Part shown: positions 29,910-39,917 of the stretch, one piece after another
How positions within the stretch are numbered: the first letter of the stretch is position 1
Layout of the letters: every line of letters starts with the position of its first letter
Assembly: GCA_963798485.1 (NCBI GenBank)
Contig: CAWCTR010000014.1
Coordinates: 384,001 to 448,000 of the forward strand
From: an uncultured delta proteobacterium
GTDB taxonomy: Bacteria > Desulfobacterota > Desulfomonilia > UBA1062
Direction: 5' to 3'
Length of the DNA: 64,000 nucleotides
Translations under genes and position numbers: made by a program
Notes under the pieces: model-generated
Seen by the model: only the letters and a program-made list of their open reading frames with translations
Databases searched by the model: none
What the model was told of the DNA's origin: nothing

Positions 29910-30932
29910 ATGTCTATGAAAAAAATCACCGTCCGACTGGTCTTTTCTCTGCTATTCTTAAGCCTTCTTGCAAGTTGCGGAGGTGGCGGCGGAAGCAGCA
30001 CGGCCTCACCCGAGGAAACAACAAATACGAGCCTCTATTTCCCAAATGCAATCCAGTATGAGGATGCCAATCAAGTGCTTAAAGAATCGGCAACCATGGA
30101 TGTTGTATTCAGCGATCAGAATTTTACCGTATCAACCGTCATGTATTCATATACCAACGGATCACCCGATACGAAAACGGTGATCGCAAAGAAAGATGTA
30201 GTCCTTGACTATACCGGTAACATCCTTTCCGATACCACTGACCTCTCTTCTCTCGGTTCCAGTTTACAGACCGTCGAATACACCTATGACAAAGATGCAT
30301 CCGGCAGTACCATCAAGCGCGCTTATGATGTTGACAGTACCGGCACAAGGACCTTGAGCAATTCGGAAAAAATCGATTACACAAGCGACGGCAAGATCTC
30401 GAAGCTTACCTCTTTCAACGGGGACATCAGCCAGCCTCCGGCAAGCTACACCACCTACACATATGACGCATCGGGCAACCTCATTGAAGAGGATATCGAT
30501 GCTGATGCCGATCCGGCAACGCCTCCGGAGAAGCATACCTACACTTACGACGATAAGGGGAACATGGCAAGCGAGGTGGTGGATGACTCCGGGAACAATA
30601 CGTATAATAAGTATGAATATTCCTATGATGACCATGGGAACAAGGTGCTGAAAAGCTGCTATTCTTGGAACGCCGAATATGAGGATTGGAACAAAAATCC
30701 TGACTGGACCGATGCCTGGTACTATGTATACAACACAGTAACCGGTCTGCCGGAGCGGGTGAACTACAACAAAGGGAGCGACACTACGATCGAGGAATAC
30801 ACTAACATCGCCTGGATGGAGTATTCGGCCCCGAGCAAGGCGTCAATCCTTCTGAAGCTCTCGCTTGACGACATCAGGGGGATGTTCCTATCCGCCCAAG
30901 GTGCACCGACAATCCCGGGAGTATCGAACTGA
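29910..30932 (+). CDS. Lipoprotein with YD/RHS-like repeats
   Basis: Lipobox LLASC followed by GGGGG; repeats YTYDKDASGS, YTYDASGN, YTYDDKGN, YSYDDHGN. Confidence 0.75.
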   Translation: MSMKKITVRLVFSLLFLSLLASCGGGGGSSTASPEETTNTSLYFPNAIQYEDANQVLKESATMDVVFSDQNFTVSTVMYSYTNGSPDTKTVIAKKDVVLDYTGNILSDTTDLSSLGSSLQTVEYTYDKDASGSTIKRAYDVDSTGTRTLSNSEKIDYTSDGKISKLTSFNGDISQPPASYTTYTYDASGNLIEEDIDADADPATPPEKHTYTYDDKGNMASEVVDDSGNNTYNKYEYSYDDHGNKVLKSCYSWNAEYEDWNKNPDWTDAWYYVYNTVTGLPERVNYNKGSDTTIEEYTNIAWMEYSAPSKASILLKLSLDDIRGMFLSAQGAPTIPGVSN

Positions 30933-31015
30933 TATCGTTTCAAACTCTATGACCGCTGCATCTTAACCCTCAGCACATACCGATCATATTTTTCCTCATT
31001 GAGTTGGAGAGTTTC

Positions 31016-31099
31016 ATGAAAAAAGCCCTTATCGCAGGCATCACCGGAAAGGATGGTCCCTCTATACCATCACGGACAGAGGACTGTCTTGCTCCGTGA
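31016..31099 (+). pseudogene. gmd: N-terminal remnant of GDP-mannose 4,6-dehydratase
   Basis: RBS GGAGAG then MKKALIAGITGKDG (Gmd consensus MKKALITGITGQDG), followed by unrelated residues and a TGA overlapping the GTG of the next gene. Confidence 0.65.
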
Positions 31100-32241
31100 G
31101 AATATTGCTGATATCGCCGGGTATCGACAAGAGGTTCAGCGACATCTACCATGTCTACCGTTATATCGCCGAGCAAGGCCACCCTGTCACCGTCGTGTCG
31201 GTCAGACACGACCGACTGAAAACCGGCGGCGCGGAGCATTCTCCACTCTACGAGAGGGATGGAAATTTGACCATACACCGGATCTTCGAAGATTCCCGGG
31301 CAATGCGACAAACGGTTTATCTTCTGCGCAAGTTGCCTGAGATAAGAAACATTATCCATGAATTCAAGCCCGACATCGTTCTTTCCGACACCCCTTTCGC
31401 AACCAACCTGATCTGGCTCGGGCTCTTCCGGGCGTTGCGCTTACCGCTGGTCACCAGGGTTGAATTCTTTCACGCCAAACATCGTTCGCCCGGATTCGCG
31501 CGCGGTCAACGCCATCTGGAAAGGATCACGGGGGGGAAGAGGATATATGACACACTGTGTCTTCTTAATTGGAGAAGCGTCTGCTATCATTCAGCAGCAA
31601 TCATTTCATGCCATCACGGTGATCGTGACAGGCACGTTCCAAAGGTACACACCTGCTACATTCCGTGGCCGTCCGAAGTACCACCAGGAATACACATCAT
31701 GACCGACCGGACGCGCAAGGCGAAAAGGATCATTTTCATCGGGGCCCTCGATGAACATAAGCGCATCAAGATTTTTTTAAAGACAATGCCACTGATCTTT
31801 GCCCATACCCCGATCGAGGAGTTCTGGGTAGTTGGTTCGGGGAGGGATTTTCCGGTCATTCACGCGTTGGAGGCACAATACCCCGGAAGGATCATCCACC
31901 ATCCCTTCCTGGAGAGGGATCGGTGTCTTGCATTGATATCCGAGAGTCTCTTCGGCTATTCGCCTGCCAGGTGGGGAGCGTGGGGGTTCATCGGTGATTG
32001 CTGGGCCGTGGGGACACCTGTTATTGTTACATCCAACCATTATAATTTCAATGATGACGTCGATGCGATCGTGGCGGAGGATGATATGATCGTCCCGCGG
32101 TTGAATGCGATCATGCAACAACCTGAGGCCTATCGGCGCATCGCGGAAAACGGACGGAAAAGGTTCCTCGACGACCATTCGGCCCGAGGCATAAGTGACA
32201 AGTTCATCGAAGTGTGCCGGTGCGTGCTTCAACCCGTATGA
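31096..32241 (+). CDS. Glycosyltransferase family 4-like
   Basis: MRILLISP, FKPDIV, IIFIGALDEHK, VVGSG, AVGTPVIVT. Confidence 0.78.
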   Translation: MRILLISPGIDKRFSDIYHVYRYIAEQGHPVTVVSVRHDRLKTGGAEHSPLYERDGNLTIHRIFEDSRAMRQTVYLLRKLPEIRNIIHEFKPDIVLSDTPFATNLIWLGLFRALRLPLVTRVEFFHAKHRSPGFARGQRHLERITGGKRIYDTLCLLNWRSVCYHSAAIISCHHGDRDRHVPKVHTCYIPWPSEVPPGIHIMTDRTRKAKRIIFIGALDEHKRIKIFLKTMPLIFAHTPIEEFWVVGSGRDFPVIHALEAQYPGRIIHHPFLERDRCLALISESLFGYSPARWGAWGFIGDCWAVGTPVIVTSNHYNFNDDVDAIVAEDDMIVPRLNAIMQQPEAYRRIAENGRKRFLDDHSARGISDKFIEVCRCVLQPV

Positions 32242-33758
32242 TGTCATCTGGATTAAGAATCCTGCAGGTACGCAATAGCCTGTTACGGAGCATCTCGCAG
32301 CAACCACTATGGACTGCCGGCATCCTGATGCTGGTTGGTCTTGTGATGGGCAAGGTCTTCTCCATGGGCAACAATGTCCTGCTTGCCCGCTCCCTTCATT
32401 CAAAGGATTTCGGACTGCTCACGCTCGGACTTTCCGTATTCGAGTTGGCCAATATCCCTGCCGGGCTCGGTGTGGCCAGCCTTTTGCCGAAGTACATAGC
32501 GGAAAGCTTGGCCCAGAACCAGCGTGAGAAGGTCAGCGACCTCTATTCCCTGGTGATCGGATCATGTTTCACGCTCGCCTTATGCCTGGCGGCCATGATC
32601 ATAGTGTTCTCACACACGATTGCAAACGCCATCTTTCACCAGCCGGAACTCACCCGCGTGCTGATCATACTCGCCTGTGCAATGCCCTTCAGCGTCGGGA
32701 CATCACTGGTGGTCTCCTTGTTCCGGGGATATCAACAGACCAGGCCGAAGATCTTATTTCAGGACTTCCTGTTGCCGTTGTTGAGAATTGCCCTGTTCGT
32801 CATATTGTTCTCCCTGGGATATGGCTTGACGGCCGCCTGTTACGCATTTGCCCTTTCCAACATGCTCATCTTTAGTGGTGCCGTTATAACCGCCTCCGTA
32901 ACGTTGCACATCAAGCTCCGGCCAAAAATCTATGATCCGATTCTGACGCCCGGAATCTTTCATCTGGCCTGGCCGCTGAGTCTGCAATCCCTTGTCTACA
33001 TAATCTATTCCCAGATCGACCGGATATGTCTGGGGGCATTCCTGAGCCCTGCGCAAGTCGGCCTCTATGGGGCGGCATATACCCTGACCACTATGCTTGT
33101 GATCATTCCCGGGGCCTTCAATTATCTCGCCCTGCCGTTGTTCGCCAAAACACACTCCCAGAACAATCTCGATGAGATCAGGCGTGCGTACCACAAGATC
33201 GGGGGATCGGTCTTCCAGATATCCCTGCCGGTCCTGATCCTCATCCTCATGTTCGCACCGCAATTTCTCAGGATCCTGTATGGCACAGAATACCTTGGCG
33301 CAGCAGGCGTTCTGGCCATCCTATGCCTCGGGACCTTTGCCGATGCGGTGATCGGACCCGCATCGGACGCGCTGGTTGCCTCAGGTAACACCCGCATCCC
33401 CTTATATGGAGCCCTGGCGGGGTGCATCTCCAATGTGTTTTTGAATGTCTGGTTAATTCCGCTACTGGGTATTATCGGGGCGGCAATCGCCACCTGCACG
33501 AGCATGTATCTCGCAAAATCGATCCTGGCCGTCTTTAACTACCGCCAATATCGAATCATCGCGCTCTCGAAGCAGTATCTCGTATATATACTGATAGGCT
33601 CTTTGACCGCATTGATCACCAGGCATCTTTATCACGCCACGGCGTTCGGAACTGATATGATACGAACCCTCGGCTTGAGCGCGTTTTATCTATTCTCCAC
33701 GTATAGTATGTTCTTTGCCTGGAATCGCATTACGAGCAAGACCGTTGCTGTGCCTTGA
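32238..33758 (+). CDS. wzx: Polysaccharide flippase (Wzx)
   Basis: Multiple TM helices; LLARSLHSKDFG, QIDRICLGAF-VGLYGAA, LIPLLGIIGAAIAT. Confidence 0.85.
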   Translation: MMSSGLRILQVRNSLLRSISQQPLWTAGILMLVGLVMGKVFSMGNNVLLARSLHSKDFGLLTLGLSVFELANIPAGLGVASLLPKYIAESLAQNQREKVSDLYSLVIGSCFTLALCLAAMIIVFSHTIANAIFHQPELTRVLIILACAMPFSVGTSLVVSLFRGYQQTRPKILFQDFLLPLLRIALFVILFSLGYGLTAACYAFALSNMLIFSGAVITASVTLHIKLRPKIYDPILTPGIFHLAWPLSLQSLVYIIYSQIDRICLGAFLSPAQVGLYGAAYTLTTMLVIIPGAFNYLALPLFAKTHSQNNLDEIRRAYHKIGGSVFQISLPVLILILMFAPQFLRILYGTEYLGAAGVLAILCLGTFADAVIGPASDALVASGNTRIPLYGALAGCISNVFLNVWLIPLLGIIGAAIATCTSMYLAKSILAVFNYRQYRIIALSKQYLVYILIGSLTALITRHLYHATAFGTDMIRTLGLSAFYLFSTYSMFFAWNRITSKTVAVP

Positions 33759-33818
33759 TAGCTCCCCCGCACATCTAAAACGCACTCCGAGAATTCAGGG
33801 GGTCAAGGAAATCTACTG

Positions 33819-34625
33819 ATGTCTGACGATATTTCATTGTATCTATCCGGCACTGAACTGTATGGGGATGATCTCCCGATCGATGGGATCGCGGCATGGT
33901 TCCATGACGAAAAGGAAGGCTATGCCGATCTCGGCGCAAAAGATAGGACATCATACCGCTATGTGTATCGCACACTGGACTGGTTGCATGGGTTTAGGCA
34001 TTTGGGGTCCCGAAGTTTCCGAGCTGCGCTCGGCATAGGCGCAGCCTACGGAGAAGAGTTTATACCGCTGGCTGATCGCATCAAGGAGATCACGATCCTC
34101 GACCCTTCCGACGCATTCGCCGTCAATACACGGATCAAGCGCACCCCGTGCCGTTACGTAAAGCCCACCATGGAAGGACGTCTGCCCTTTGCGGATCAGT
34201 GTTTCGATCTGATCACCAGTTTCAGTGTTCTGCACCATATTCCCAACGTATCCTATGTGATGCGGGAGTGTTTCCGCTGTCTGGCCATGGACGGACTCAT
34301 GCTTATCCGGGATCCGATTATATCGATGGGGGACTGGACAAAACCCCGGCGTGGCTTGACGAAAAGGGAGCGCGGCATACCGCTGGGCATATTCGAAAAA
34401 ATAATCGGAAATGCCGGCTTCACGGTTAAACACCGCTCATTATGTATCTTTCCGGCAATCCCCAAGCTTATGGATAAGCTCGGCATCGACGCCTACAACA
34501 CCTGGGGGCTTACCCTCTTAGATGCCCTACTCTGCAGGGCTTTGAGAAGGAACGCAACATATCATCGCACCACATTATGGCAGAAATTCGGCCCCGGGTA
34601 TGTGTACTTTGTTTTGACGAAATGA
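33819..34625 (+). CDS. Class I SAM-dependent methyltransferase (EPS locus)
   Basis: LGIGAAYGEE, LPFADQCFDLITSFSVLHHIPN. Confidence 0.8.
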   Translation: MSDDISLYLSGTELYGDDLPIDGIAAWFHDEKEGYADLGAKDRTSYRYVYRTLDWLHGFRHLGSRSFRAALGIGAAYGEEFIPLADRIKEITILDPSDAFAVNTRIKRTPCRYVKPTMEGRLPFADQCFDLITSFSVLHHIPNVSYVMRECFRCLAMDGLMLIRDPIISMGDWTKPRRGLTKRERGIPLGIFEKIIGNAGFTVKHRSLCIFPAIPKLMDKLGIDAYNTWGLTLLDALLCRALRRNATYHRTTLWQKFGPGYVYFVLTK

Positions 34626-34632
34626 ATACATT

Positions 34633-35784
34633 ATGGCATCAGAAAAACCGAAGATATTGATCGTTAGCCGCTATAGTTTCGGGTATCAGCCGCTCCCTTA
34701 TCACTGGTGCCGGTATTTACAGGAATACTACGATATCACCTGCCTGTGTCTAGCGGATTCCCGCAAACAGGAACCGATTGCAATGGAAGGAGTGAATATT
34801 AAATATCTGAACTGCAAATTCGGAAGACTTGGGCGGCTGGCCGTACTACTCATCGGATCATTGCGAACCATCCGGCAGGGGTATGATATCTATATCGTCA
34901 TGTACTTTCAAGGCTGCGGGCTCCTCAAGTTATTCTGTTCCCCGCACCGGAAATTGGTTCTCGATATCCAAAGCGGCGCCATCGGCGTTTCAAGGACCAC
35001 GAGAATGCTGGTCAACTGGCTGCTGCGGCTGGAGGCTTCGCTTTTCCGCTATAAATTCGTGCTGTCCGAAAGCTTGCGCCAAAAGCTCCACATGCCGGCT
35101 GCACAGGTGCTTCCCATCGGCGCCCAAACGATTTCCTATAAGGAACGCAGTCTCAAACGAGTGGATTTAATATACGTCGGCACCCTTCAGGATCGTAACA
35201 TAGACAGCACCATCAGGGGCTTCAAACAATTCCACGTGCATCACAAAGATGCGGTCGGCATGTCCTACACCATCATCGGAAATGGGTTTAAGAACGAGGA
35301 AGAAGAACTGAAGAAGCTGGTGCGTGAGGAGGGTCTTGAAGGGGTTGTCAAGATCGTAGGATATATTGCAACAGACAAACTTGCTCCGCTTTTTGATGAA
35401 GCGAATGTGGGTGTGTCGTTCATCCCCTTGACGGATTACTACGATGTGCAGCCTCCCACAAAGACCTTCGAATATCTGTTGTCCGGGATGCCGGTCATTG
35501 CAACCCAAACAAGAGAAAACCGCCGCCTCGTCGATAATACCAATGGGGTCCTCATCAAGGACACTCCTGAGGGGTTTTATCAGGGACTGCTGGAGCTGTA
35601 TGAAAGGCGGTATATGTTCAATGCGGAAGAGATTCGAGCACGAGCTCAGGTACATACATGGGAACATATCACTACACAAAAGTTGATACCCCTTCTCAAC
35701 TCCATTTTGCATTCAGGCCCGGGTAAACACATGCCTGATCATTCAAATGCCCCGGCAAAGCAACGAGCTTATGGTGAGCATTAA
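34633..35784 (+). CDS. Glycosyltransferase family 4
   Basis: LIYVGTLQDRNI, PPTKTFEYLLSGMPVIAT. Confidence 0.83.
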   Translation: MASEKPKILIVSRYSFGYQPLPYHWCRYLQEYYDITCLCLADSRKQEPIAMEGVNIKYLNCKFGRLGRLAVLLIGSLRTIRQGYDIYIVMYFQGCGLLKLFCSPHRKLVLDIQSGAIGVSRTTRMLVNWLLRLEASLFRYKFVLSESLRQKLHMPAAQVLPIGAQTISYKERSLKRVDLIYVGTLQDRNIDSTIRGFKQFHVHHKDAVGMSYTIIGNGFKNEEEELKKLVREEGLEGVVKIVGYIATDKLAPLFDEANVGVSFIPLTDYYDVQPPTKTFEYLLSGMPVIATQTRENRRLVDNTNGVLIKDTPEGFYQGLLELYERRYMFNAEEIRARAQVHTWEHITTQKLIPLLNSILHSGPGKHMPDHSNAPAKQRAYGEH

Positions 35785-37441
35785 AAACGTGAGATCTAAC
35801 CGCTTGCTGTTTCTATTCTGCCTCCTTTTCCTCGCCTTGGGTGTATCTCCGGGGCACTCAGCAAAGTCAGAAGAGCATCGCTGGATCTTCTGTCAGGATG
35901 CATTAGGGAATTCGGAAGATCTGGAAAAACTGCAATCCCTCATCATGGACGCCAAAGTATCCGGCTTCAATGGGATCGTTTTGAGTTCGCGCTTTGACAG
36001 CCTTGACCTCCAATCACCGGAGTATATTGAACGGATCAAGCAACTAAGTGCATTTTGTAATCAAAAGGCCTTCAATCTCATCCCCTGCTGTTTTTCCATT
36101 GGGTATGCTGGCGCTTTACTTTCCCATGACAAGAATTTGGCCGAAGGATTTCCCGTATGTGATCTCCTGTTCAAGGTTGCGGACGCTAAGGCTGTTCCCT
36201 ATTCCCCTGCAAAGGAATCAGACGAAACGCTCTTCGCCGCTGATTTCGAGAATCTGAGCCGGACAGGTATGGCCCTGGAAGATGTCGGCAAGGTAACATT
36301 CCGCGATGACACGGTTACGCATTCCGGCCGGTCTTCCCTGCGGCTCGAGAATTTCGGATACAACCGCCATGGCAATGCCCGGCTGAGCAAAGATTTAAAC
36401 GTAACTCCGTTTAAATCTTATGAGATCTCGTTCTGGTACCGGACGGAAAAGCTGACTTCCGGAACGCCCCTTATGGTGCAGGTTTACACTACGGACGGGC
36501 ACTACCTTACCTCTATGAACATGGAACAACCTACGGATGCCTGGCAGCGGTGCACATTGGATTTCAATTCTCTTGAACATGCACGTGTGAGAATATATCT
36601 GGGTGTATGGGGAGGCCAAATAGGAAAGGTGTGGATTGACGATCTGAAGATCAGACAACAGAAGGACCTCATCCGCCTCATTCATCGCGCCGGCGCACCA
36701 GTCAATGTGACCGACGCCCTCACAGGTGCGGCTTATGTGCTGGGAACCGACTTCGACATTCATGAGTATCCAAAGGGCTCCAATAATTATTTCATCACCA
36801 TCAATAAGCATGGCCATATCCGGGAAAACACCCAGCTTAAGGTGAGCTATTACCGTTCCTATGTAATGGCACACGGTCAGGTTTGCGCCTGCATGGCTGT
36901 ACCTGAGATATATGAAATATGGAAAAGGGAAGTAGGCCTGATTGAGCAACTGATTCATCCCAAGGCGTACTTTTTAAGCATGGATGAAATTCGTCAAGGC
37001 GGCTATTGCGATTTGTGCAGCAAGGAAGACATGGCGAGGCTATTAGGACAATGTATCACCAAGCAATATAAAATAATAAAATCACTCAGTTCAATTTCAA
37101 GAGTATACCTGTGGGGAGATATGCTCGATCCCAATATGGGCGCAACAAGCATCTATTGCATGACAAGGGGCGGGTTTTCAAATTCATGGCAGTATGTGCC
37201 CAAAGAGATCATTCCTGTTGTCTGGGATTATAATAATCGAGACAAAAGTCTGTCGCATTTCAAGAAAAACGGCTTTACTTCAATGGTATCCATAAGTGTG
37301 GATGAAGATGCATCAGTCGACAGACTTAAGGCCTGGAAGAAATCTCTGTACAGCAGTAAGAGCAAGCCGGGCATCATGTATACAACGTGGCATCATGATT
37401 ATTCACATTTAAAAATATTCGGTGAAACCCTCTTTGATTAA
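35771..37441 (+). CDS. Exported glycoside hydrolase-like protein (GH20-like TIM barrel with inserted CBM)
   Basis: Signal peptide; GFNGIVL; HSGRSSLR...SYEISFWYRTE...VWIDDLKI (CBM4/9-like); FLSMDEIR, LWGDMLDP, VVWDYN, GIMYTTW. Confidence 0.6.
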   Translation: MVSIKNVRSNRLLFLFCLLFLALGVSPGHSAKSEEHRWIFCQDALGNSEDLEKLQSLIMDAKVSGFNGIVLSSRFDSLDLQSPEYIERIKQLSAFCNQKAFNLIPCCFSIGYAGALLSHDKNLAEGFPVCDLLFKVADAKAVPYSPAKESDETLFAADFENLSRTGMALEDVGKVTFRDDTVTHSGRSSLRLENFGYNRHGNARLSKDLNVTPFKSYEISFWYRTEKLTSGTPLMVQVYTTDGHYLTSMNMEQPTDAWQRCTLDFNSLEHARVRIYLGVWGGQIGKVWIDDLKIRQQKDLIRLIHRAGAPVNVTDALTGAAYVLGTDFDIHEYPKGSNNYFITINKHGHIRENTQLKVSYYRSYVMAHGQVCACMAVPEIYEIWKREVGLIEQLIHPKAYFLSMDEIRQGGYCDLCSKEDMARLLGQCITKQYKIIKSLSSISRVYLWGDMLDPNMGATSIYCMTRGGFSNSWQYVPKEIIPVVWDYNNRDKSLSHFKKNGFTSMVSISVDEDASVDRLKAWKKSLYSSKSKPGIMYTTWHHDYSHLKIFGETLFD

Positions 37442-38729
37442 GCTGATCTATCTAACGATAACTGCGGTATTTTTCCCGGTCTATATTCAGTTCCAGGGCA
37501 AAGATGCCACTACAACGGGGAGTTTAGCAATTATATGCCTTTCTTTCTTATTTTTTTCTTCAAGTCTTTTTACCAACGGCAAAAGGTTCAGATTCTTGTT
37601 ATTCGTCATGATTCTCACCTTTATCGGCATAATCAGTTCGTCGTTTCTCCCTCCTGATCTTACCATGAAATCAGTAAGGCACCTGGGCGCTTTTGTCTGT
37701 TCCATGCTGCTCTTCTTTGTTGTTGCCAATTATTACAGCGGGATGAATGGTCCTGAACAAAAGGAGCGTATTAATAGATTGATCTCATTTGTCCTCTTGA
37801 TGACATCGCTTCAGATCATGATCGGAATAATCCTATATTTTTATCCGCCCCTCGGCAAGCCTCTTGCCGTCTTCGCCCCGCGCAACGTGGATGTTCTCGT
37901 TACCGTCGATGCAGGCGCAAAACGATTGCAAAGTATTATGACGGGGTGGGAGGAAATAGGTGAATTTATAGCAGTTCTCTCGCCGCTCTTATTTTATCAG
38001 GTCATGAGAACAAGCAGCAAATTAATACCTCTCATTTTTCTGGTTCTGTATACCATCGGTGTAATTCTGTCTGCCACGAGATCGGCAATTCTCTTGTTTA
38101 TCCTTGCAGGTCTTGTTTTTATAATCTGGAACAGACATACCATACGCCTTCACAGGGTATTGTTGGGAAGTTATATACTTGGAATCGGCATGTCCATCCT
38201 GGTATTTCTTTTCCCCCTTTCTCTTAATTATTGGGATGCAGCCATGGCAAGGTTCATTGCCTTTTCAAACATCTATGCCAAGACAGATTCACTCACCAAG
38301 GCTATCGATCGTGAAGGGGCCTGGAATTATGGGCTCCATATAGTCGGTAATAATCTGAATCTGTTCGGCAACAGCATGGTCACGCCAGGTAATTTTCACT
38401 GTCTTTATCTAACCCTCATCTATGATTTGGGAATCATAGGAGGGGCAGTTATTTTTGGGTTCTTTATATACGTGCTTATCAAATTGTTTTTAGCGGCAAG
38501 AAATACAGTTGATCCCGATACAAAGTGTCTTGTTTCCGCGTGCATCATTTCATTGAGTGTTTTTTTGATCAATGAGATCAAATATGAATTCAATCGGGAT
38601 TTTTCATATCAGGAGATCATCTGGCTTCTTTTTGCACTATTCTGGCTGGTGTCGCAACGTGCTGCAACAAGTGCACAGCCGGTCGCCCTGCAAGATATGC
38701 AAAGGCATTATTTTGATTTCTCTCAATAA
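37422..38729 (+). CDS. Wzy polymerase / O-antigen ligase family membrane protein
   Basis: About 11-12 TM helices; ILSATRSAIL, FHCLYLTLIYDLGIIG. Confidence 0.72.
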   Translation: MKPSLIKLIYLTITAVFFPVYIQFQGKDATTTGSLAIICLSFLFFSSSLFTNGKRFRFLLFVMILTFIGIISSSFLPPDLTMKSVRHLGAFVCSMLLFFVVANYYSGMNGPEQKERINRLISFVLLMTSLQIMIGIILYFYPPLGKPLAVFAPRNVDVLVTVDAGAKRLQSIMTGWEEIGEFIAVLSPLLFYQVMRTSSKLIPLIFLVLYTIGVILSATRSAILLFILAGLVFIIWNRHTIRLHRVLLGSYILGIGMSILVFLFPLSLNYWDAAMARFIAFSNIYAKTDSLTKAIDREGAWNYGLHIVGNNLNLFGNSMVTPGNFHCLYLTLIYDLGIIGGAVIFGFFIYVLIKLFLAARNTVDPDTKCLVSACIISLSVFLINEIKYEFNRDFSYQEIIWLLFALFWLVSQRAATSAQPVALQDMQRHYFDFSQ

Positions 38730-38744
38730 ATTCTAAAGTGGATT

Positions 38745-39917
38745 ATGCAAACAACCTGTCTCATCATTGAGAACTGCAATTTTATCGATTATCCGACCGG
38801 CGGTCATTTGTCATTCGCCCGGCAGATGATGTACGCATTTGGAAACAGGCTGGCCCTGGTGGGAATAACTACGGACAATACCCCCATAGGCAAATGGGTT
38901 GAAAAGGAAATTGATGGGATCCGGTATCAATTTTTTAGTGTCGGCCGCAGGAAAGGGTCAGCCCGGAAGCCGGTTATTCCGGAACGACTTTCCATGTTCA
39001 CTGATCTGATGCGTTATAGGAAAAAGATACTTTCCTCCGGGATCAAGAACGTTTTTACCCAGGCCCCTGAAATCCTGATGGTTGTCTCGCGCTGGCATAT
39101 GGAAAGCATCTGCTATGATTTTCCGGGTGTGGAAAACCCCCTTGTTATGCCTCGATATTCGTGGGGTAAGATGCTGATAAATCTTTATGACAGAGAGCTG
39201 TTCAAGGCTTTGAAAAAGGTTGATGTGATCCTTGCCTGTGCCGATGAGGCCTCAATTCGGGATTTGACCAGGAGATCCAAAGGTTCGCTTCAGAGAGACC
39301 GTGTAATTCTTTTCCCTACAAGGGTCGATACCAGTGTCTTCCGTGCAACCGGAAAACGTGTTGCCAGAGAGGCGCTTCATTTACCGCCGGATAGCCTCAT
39401 CATCATGAGTTGCGGAAGAATCAGCCGAGTGAAGGGTTGGGATCTCTTACTCGATAGCTTCTCAGTGCTTCTCAGTAAATTCCCCCATGCACTATTCATA
39501 TTCGTAGGCGACGGCGAAGAGAGGAATTTGCTCAAGACACATGCAACGGCATTAGGTCTGGATGGAAAGGTAATCATAACGGGTTTTCAAAAGCCTGAGA
39601 TGGTAGCGGGCTACATCAATGCTGCAGATCTGGTAGTAGTCGGCTCCCATAAAGAAGGTTGGTCGATTGCCATGCTTGAGGCCTTAGCCTGTGGGAAAAA
39701 CGTGGTTTCCACAAATATAAGCGGGGCTTCGGACATGATTTTAGAAGGTGTAACCGGGTTTATCGTGAGATCGAGAAACGCAGAGATGTTTGCAACTGCA
39801 ATAGAGAGCGCTTTGTCCATGCCCGATCCCAATGATACATCCGTTGCCGCATCAGAGAAATATGCCTTGGAGCATCTGCAAAATGACATTGCCGGGCTAT
39901 GGGGACCGCTTTCATGA
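38745..39917 (+). CDS. Glycosyltransferase family 4
   Basis: CGRISRVKGW, VGDGEER, EGWSIAMLEALACGK. Confidence 0.87.
   Translation: MQTTCLIIENCNFIDYPTGGHLSFARQMMYAFGNRLALVGITTDNTPIGKWVEKEIDGIRYQFFSVGRRKGSARKPVIPERLSMFTDLMRYRKKILSSGIKNVFTQAPEILMVVSRWHMESICYDFPGVENPLVMPRYSWGKMLINLYDRELFKALKKVDVILACADEASIRDLTRRSKGSLQRDRVILFPTRVDTSVFRATGKRVAREALHLPPDSLIIMSCGRISRVKGWDLLLDSFSVLLSKFPHALFIFVGDGEERNLLKTHATALGLDGKVIITGFQKPEMVAGYINAADLVVVGSHKEGWSIAMLEALACGKNVVSTNISGASDMILEGVTGFIVRSRNAEMFATAIESALSMPDPNDTSVAASEKYALEHLQNDIAGLWGPLS

Noticed and set aside
29910-30932. RHS toxin
   Set aside because: Too short; no RHS core or DPxG cleavage motif, and no toxin/immunity pair.
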